Below, piece by piece: positions 25,757-30,465 of a DNA stretch of 30,465 bases. The translations under genes were made by a program, and so were the position numbers. This DNA is from a virus (taxonomy: Duplodnaviria; Caudoviricetes). Each line of letters begins with the position of its first letter. Within the stretch, counting starts at the first letter, position 1. The notes below the pieces were generated by a model. It did no database searches. It was not told the origin of the DNA and worked only from the letters and a program-made list of their open reading frames with translations. The stretch is taken from positions 1 through 30,465 of IMG/VR virus record IMGVR_UViG_3300048029_000034. One strand, 5' to 3'.

Positions 25757-26085
25757 TGGCCAAGATACTAGAAACTAGATTGCCTTTAGCTGGGTTAGAA
25801 ATAACGCCAGAAGTATTTAATAGATTAGTCAGAATATTAGAAATAAATCTGCAAAAGGTAGACTTAAATGCTACGCCTATAACAAACGAACAAAGAAAAT
25901 TAATAGATAATTTTAATCCAGGAGATTTAGTATTTAATACTGATACTAATCTTTTAGAATTTTTTGATGGTTCAGGTTTTAAAGATATTACAAGTACATC
26001 AAAAACTTCTTTACAAGCAAATGCTTCTTTAGGAGAAGTAACTGTTAATGAAGAAGGATCAATATCAATAAAGGTGAGTATATAA
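25756..26085 (+). CDS. Small tail-associated protein
   Basis: TAATG-coupled; PGDLVFNTDTNLLEFFDG fibre-like motif; ANASLGEVTV repeat unit. Confidence 0.7.
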   Translation: MAKILETRLPLAGLEITPEVFNRLVRILEINLQKVDLNATPITNEQRKLIDNFNPGDLVFNTDTNLLEFFDGSGFKDITSTSKTSLQANASLGEVTVNEEGSISIKVSI

Positions 26086-26086
26086 A

Positions 26087-26563
26087 ATGAGTAAATGGGA
26101 TAGCGATACTAAATTAAGTAAAAATTTTAAACTAAAAGAGTTTGAAAAAAGTTTTGTAGCAAAGAGAAAAAATATAGATAATTGTGTTCATGATGAAGAA
26201 ACTTTTAAAAACCTTGAACGACTATGTAAAAACATCGTTCAACCAATTAGGAATCATTTCAAAATTCCTTTTAGCCCTAATAGTGCTTATCGCAGTATCA
26301 CTCTTAACAGATACATTGGCTCTTCTGATACTAGTCAGCATGTATTAGGTCAGGCGGTAGATTTAGAAATACCTAGGGTAAACAATCAAGATCTTTTTGA
26401 TTATGTAAAAAATCAATTAAATTTCGACCAAGTAATTTTAGAATACTATGATGGTGTAAATCCAAGCAGTGGCTGGGTCCATATATCTTATGTATCAGAC
26501 AAAGATAATAGGAACAGAGCCATGACTTTCGATGGTAGCCATTATAGAATAGTAGAGGATTAA
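26087..26563 (+). CDS. Endolysin, peptidase M15A (D-Ala-D-Ala carboxypeptidase-like Zn peptidase)
   Basis: LSKNFKLKEF, SAYRS..LN, SQHVLGQAVD, WVHISY Zn-ligand motifs. Confidence 0.92.
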   Translation: MSKWDSDTKLSKNFKLKEFEKSFVAKRKNIDNCVHDEETFKNLERLCKNIVQPIRNHFKIPFSPNSAYRSITLNRYIGSSDTSQHVLGQAVDLEIPRVNNQDLFDYVKNQLNFDQVILEYYDGVNPSSGWVHISYVSDKDNRNRAMTFDGSHYRIVED

Positions 26564-26568
26564 GTATT

Positions 26569-26952
26569 ATGATTGAATCACTAGTAAAGCCAGTAAGCAA
26601 TTTAATTGGTAAATTTGTTAAAGATAAAGATTTACAAGCTCAATTAGACCATGAGCTATCGACTTTATTTCATAAAGCTAATCTAGCTCAGATAGAAGTA
26701 AATAAGATAGAAGCTCAAGGTAAGCCCTTTCAAAGAAACTGGCGACCTTCTGTTGGCTGGATATGCAGCTTTGCATTAGGTTATCATTTTATACTATCTC
26801 CTATAATTGAGGTTATAATAAAAGTTTCTGGCTTACAAATAGATATGCCAGAGTTTGATTTTTCGCAGTTATCTGCGATTCTCATGGCACTCCTAGGAAT
26901 GTCTGGGCTTAGGTCATACGATAAAATGAAAAAAACTGACACTAAAAAATGA
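26569..26952 (+). CDS. Holin, 3TM (gene-transfer-agent release) family
   Basis: AQIEVNKIEA, WRPSVGW, two TM segments, LLGMSGLRSYDK; adjacent to the endolysin. Confidence 0.85.
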   Translation: MIESLVKPVSNLIGKFVKDKDLQAQLDHELSTLFHKANLAQIEVNKIEAQGKPFQRNWRPSVGWICSFALGYHFILSPIIEVIIKVSGLQIDMPEFDFSQLSAILMALLGMSGLRSYDKMKKTDTKK

Positions 26953-28493
26953 AAAATATAAATAAAAATCAACAAGGTTTAAAATCATTAGCATCTGAAA
27001 GGCCAGATGTAGTTAGAAAAATGGGCTATGATCCAGAAAGTTTTTACGCTGGTGGTTTAGCTATGTTGGCAGATGGTGGAGGAGTTGATCTTGCTGGATT
27101 ATCAGATCTTTTTGGAGGCATGGCTGACGAAGAAACTACAGCTTTCAATGCCGTCATGGGAGATGCTATACCTGCAGCTAAAGCAGGCGTAACAAGAGTT
27201 GGCGGTTCTATGGGTCCAGATGATGCTATTGAAGAATACAAAAAAAGACAAGCGATAGAAGAAATAGAAGACCAAAAAGAAGATGAAGAGATAGCTGAAA
27301 TGTTTATGGGCGGCATCATGGATTATGCTAAAGACAGAGTCGGCGCAGTTAAAGAATATTTTTCTCCATCATCTTCAGGTGTAGAACTAACTGAAGGGGC
27401 AGAAAAAGGCATAGAAGAAATTGTAGAAGATGCTACAGGTAAAGATGTTGAAGATCTTACAGAAGAAGAAAAAACAGAAATATTAGCTAACCAAGATATA
27501 GACAAAAAAGAAAAAGCTGGAAAAGTAGCAGATGGTTTAGCTGCTATAGCAGAAGGTATGGGCGGCATGGGCGGAGGCCAAATGTCTGAAGGATTTGTAG
27601 GACAACCTATTGGAGCTAGCCAAGTTCCTTTTACAAGAGTCGGCATGGCTGAAGGCGGAATGGCTGAAGGCGGTATTAGAAACATGTATATGGGAGGAGA
27701 AGCTACATTTAGTTTTGCTCCATTAGCTAATGCATACAGTGGTGAGGCAGGAGGATTAGGTGGATTGCTAGAAGATATTACAAATCGTCAACAAAGTAGT
27801 ACAGGTTTTAACAATCCTGTTTCTGCCAATATGAATATGTCTGGATCTCGAATGGGAGACGAACAAGCAGCAAGTCAAAGACAGATGTTATCTTTAATAG
27901 ACGCATCTCCTTTATCAGCGGCCGACAAAGCTGTACAAAAACAATTAATAAATTTACAAATAGGACAGCAAACATTACCTTTGAGTCCTCAGTATGTAGC
28001 TTCTGATGCACCATACAAAGCGCTTTACAGACCATATTTTTCTGAAGTAACAAAGGCTTATAACGCTGCTAACCCTGGACCTTTTAGTGCTATGGCAGCC
28101 CCTCCTAAAGAAAGAGTAGATTTTAATTTAGGTATGCAACCAGATGGCAGAATGGCAGCGCCAAGAAAAGTTGCTGGCGTAGAATATGCAAACGATGGAA
28201 TGTTAATTGAAGGCAAATTTTTTCCAGAAACAGATGAATTAGTATCTGGCCCTGGAGGAGAGCGTGAAGATAAAATTCCAGCAATGTTAAGCGATGGTGA
28301 ATTTGTTGTTAATGCTAGAACTGTAAGAGGTTTAGGCATGCAAATGGGCGCAGACCCAATGGATTTAGAAGAACAAAAAGATATAGGCGCTATGGTGCTT
28401 GAATATTTACAAGATACTTTAGGACCTAATGGTGAAATGGCTGAGAAAATAGGCGAAGAGGGATTAGGCGCCTTAGTAAGAAGCATGGCATGA
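26949..28493 (+). CDS. Acidic internal virion protein with multiple xxGG motifs and a tape-measure-like GPG..D.IPAMLSDGEFV domain
   Basis: FYAGG, LADGG, MFMGG, MAEGG x2, MYMGG; C-terminal VSGPGGEREDKIPAMLSDGEFVVNA. Confidence 0.75.
   Translation: MKNINKNQQGLKSLASERPDVVRKMGYDPESFYAGGLAMLADGGGVDLAGLSDLFGGMADEETTAFNAVMGDAIPAAKAGVTRVGGSMGPDDAIEEYKKRQAIEEIEDQKEDEEIAEMFMGGIMDYAKDRVGAVKEYFSPSSSGVELTEGAEKGIEEIVEDATGKDVEDLTEEEKTEILANQDIDKKEKAGKVADGLAAIAEGMGGMGGGQMSEGFVGQPIGASQVPFTRVGMAEGGMAEGGIRNMYMGGEATFSFAPLANAYSGEAGGLGGLLEDITNRQQSSTGFNNPVSANMNMSGSRMGDEQAASQRQMLSLIDASPLSAADKAVQKQLINLQIGQQTLPLSPQYVASDAPYKALYRPYFSEVTKAYNAANPGPFSAMAAPPKERVDFNLGMQPDGRMAAPRKVAGVEYANDGMLIEGKFFPETDELVSGPGGEREDKIPAMLSDGEFVVNARTVRGLGMQMGADPMDLEEQKDIGAMVLEYLQDTLGPNGEMAEKIGEEGLGALVRSMA
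27645..27674 (+). repeat. 15-bp tandem duplication encoding MAEGG-MAEGG
   Basis: atggctgaaggcgga atggctgaaggcggt. Confidence 0.85.
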
Positions 28494-28975
28494 GTAAATT
28501 TACTTTAGATAAACTTTCTTTTAACGAACAAGATGGCAAAGATATAGCTGATTTTTTAGCTAGATATTTTCACGCCGAACATTCTTTAGATGGTGGCAAG
28601 TCTCCTAAAATACATTGGGGGAAAACATCTTGGCAGATAAACAATGTCTTATTAAAAGGCATTGTCTATGTGGTAAGAAAAAACGAAAACATCATTGGCA
28701 CTTTAGGTTTAAAAGAATGCTCACACTGGTGGTCAGATGACGCTTTTATAGGTGATACTTGGTTCTTTGTTAGACCAGAATTTAGAAATGTTAAAGATGA
28801 TGTAAAGCCTTCTAATATGTTATTGGAAGCTGGCATGAAATATGCTGAAGAACAAAATTTACCACTGATCATGGGCATATATAATGTCGGCAGTCTGGAT
28901 AAAGCAGAAAAATTATTATTAAATAAAGGGTTTCACCAAATAGGTGGAACTTATTATAATGGCATAAATAGGTAA
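28490..28975 (+). CDS. GNAT-fold N-acetyltransferase-like protein
   Basis: IIGTLGL, WWSDD, WFFVRPEFR, LLEAGMKYA, LLNKGFHQIGG. Confidence 0.75.
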   Translation: MSKFTLDKLSFNEQDGKDIADFLARYFHAEHSLDGGKSPKIHWGKTSWQINNVLLKGIVYVVRKNENIIGTLGLKECSHWWSDDAFIGDTWFFVRPEFRNVKDDVKPSNMLLEAGMKYAEEQNLPLIMGIYNVGSLDKAEKLLLNKGFHQIGGTYYNGINR

Positions 28976-28979
28976 TATT

Positions 28980-30113
28980 ATGGGTTGTACTTGCGAACAA
29001 AAACAACAAGAAGGGCCACCAGCTAAAGCAGTTGAGTTGCCTACTACTGGTTATTCTTTTATATCTCCTTATATAGAGGATTATAGTAGAAGAATATTAG
29101 GATCTTATTTTGGAGAGCCTGGGCGATACGAAGGCTTAATATCTCAAGAAAGACCTATACCTATTGAAGGCACAGCGCAACTATCTGACTTAGAAAGACA
29201 AGCGGCGACTGGTGCTGGAGATCTAGAAAGATTTGCAGGCTATACCCCAGAAGGAATTAATTATTTAAGAGACGCTGGCGCTTTAGCGAGAGATCCTATG
29301 GCAGCAGCTCAAGCTAGATTTAATCCTTATGAAGATGCGGTAGTACAACAATCAATAGATGATATTACTAAAGCTTATCAACAAAAAGATATTGGTATTA
29401 GAGATGATGCTTACAGAGCCGGGGCTTATGGCGGTTCTAGAGGAAGACTAGCACAAGCAGAAAATCAAACTGCTTTAGGTAGAGGTTTGCTAGACGCTGT
29501 TAGCGGTATTAGAAGACAAGGATTTCAAGATGCTCAAGCTCAAGTTGGTCAAAATATAGGTCAACTATCTAATATTGGTAGTGGCATATCTAATCTCGCT
29601 GGTGCTGGACAACAACAAGCGATCGGCAGAATAGGTGCAATGGCTACTCAAGGTGCTGCTGGAAGAGGAATAGAACAAGCAGACATGAGTAGAAGGTTTA
29701 GAGCGGCTGATAAACTAGCTGATGAACCATTCAACAGACTACAAAGAGGTCAGCAACTACTAGCTGGAATGCCTGCTGGAGGTGTTTCTGGGGGCACAGG
29801 AGCTCAAATATATCAACCACAAGTATTTACTCAACCTTCCCCGTTATCTCAAGCAGCTGGATTAGCTTCTGCTGCTGCTGGTGCAGCAGCCATGAGTGAT
29901 GTTGAGCTAAAAGAAAACATTAGAAGAGTAGGAGATTATGACAACAACATTGGCTGGTACGAATGGGATTGGAATAATAAAGCTAAAGAAATAGGAATTG
30001 AAGCAGAACCTACTGCTGGATTTTTGGCTCAAGAAGTTCTTGAAGTAGAACCAGAGGCAGTAACTGTTAAAAATGGTTACTACGCAGTTGATTACGCGAG
30101 GTTAATGAAGTGA
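28980..30113 (+). CDS. Ala/Gly/Gln-rich DNA-ejection-like protein with C-terminal S74-like domain
   Basis: FNPYEDAVV, AGAYGGSR, then SDVELKENI...WYEWDW...GFLAQEV..PEAV..GYYAVDY. Confidence 0.8.
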   Translation: MGCTCEQKQQEGPPAKAVELPTTGYSFISPYIEDYSRRILGSYFGEPGRYEGLISQERPIPIEGTAQLSDLERQAATGAGDLERFAGYTPEGINYLRDAGALARDPMAAAQARFNPYEDAVVQQSIDDITKAYQQKDIGIRDDAYRAGAYGGSRGRLAQAENQTALGRGLLDAVSGIRRQGFQDAQAQVGQNIGQLSNIGSGISNLAGAGQQQAIGRIGAMATQGAAGRGIEQADMSRRFRAADKLADEPFNRLQRGQQLLAGMPAGGVSGGTGAQIYQPQVFTQPSPLSQAAGLASAAAGAAAMSDVELKENIRRVGDYDNNIGWYEWDWNNKAKEIGIEAEPTAGFLAQEVLEVEPEAVTVKNGYYAVDYARLMK

Positions 30114-30465
30114 GCGAAGGTTTAAGAGAACTTTTAGCGGCACATCTTCTAAAAGATAATGACGATACAAAGACTAATCTTAGAGATATTACAGATATAT
30201 TTCTTGACCCAGAAGATCCAATCGATCAAGCAGCAACGGCAATGGCCATAACTGGAGCTGGTGTGGTTCCTGCTGCTGGAATTAAAACATTAAACACTGG
30301 AAGAAAAGCATACAATTTTTTAAAAAACATGACTATGCCAATCAAAGCTAGTAAGAAACCAAACGAAGATGTACTGAGAAAAGGTGGTAATGCTATCAAA
30401 GGAGGTATTCTTGGAGAATCAGCAGTAGATGGAGCAAATTTAGTAATAGAAGGAGTTGAAGGAAT
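30110..30465 (+). CDS. Partial CDS (3'-truncated), likely internal virion protein; absent from the ORF track
   Basis: GTG overlaps the previous TGA; frame open to the window end (MSEGLRELLAAHLLKD...LRKGGNAIKGG...). Confidence 0.7.
   Translation, partial: MSEGLRELLAAHLLKDNDDTKTNLRDITDIFLDPEDPIDQAATAMAITGAGVVPAAGIKTLNTGRKAYNFLKNMTMPIKASKKPNEDVLRKGGNAIKGGILGESAVDGANLVIEGVEG

Noticed and set aside
1-30465. Stop-codon reassignment, tRNA genes, introns/inteins, integrase
   Set aside because: Genes tile densely under the standard code with TAA, TAG and TGA all used as stops. No tRNA cloverleaf, intein-sized insertion or recombinase was seen by eye.

Overview
The window is the packaging, virion-structure and lysis half of an AT-rich tailed dsDNA phage (Caudoviricetes). 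It has a podovirus-like layout resembling uncultured marine/freshwater phages; the host cannot be determined from this window. All credible genes are on the + strand, tightly packed and often translationally coupled. Order: terminase large subunit (5'-truncated), Lys/Arg-rich proteins, an XseB-like gene, P22-like portal, more basic proteins interrupted by a 2OG-Fe(II) oxygenase, GroES-like protein, scaffold, decoration protein, major capsid, terminator plus a pseudoknotted RNA element, adaptor/neck proteins (one with a cupredoxin-like domain), a sialyltransferase/Maf-fold protein, two tail-fibre(S74 chaperone)+adhesin pairs flanking a Coq4-like accessory island, membrane/holin genes, tail nozzle, M15 endolysin, 3TM holin, internal/ejection proteins and a GNAT. 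Most notable: (1) a hydrophobic-x-x-GG peptide tag shared by otherwise unrelated basic and internal proteins, including a 51-aa ORF missing from the track and made of four such repeats; (2) the promoter-linked RNA pseudoknot that can sequester the downstream RBS; (3) phage XseB without XseA in the window; (4) Coq4-like, CstII/Maf-like and cupredoxin modules among structural genes; (5) extended -10 promoters with leaderless geometry. All family calls come from reading motifs by eye, not from database searches.
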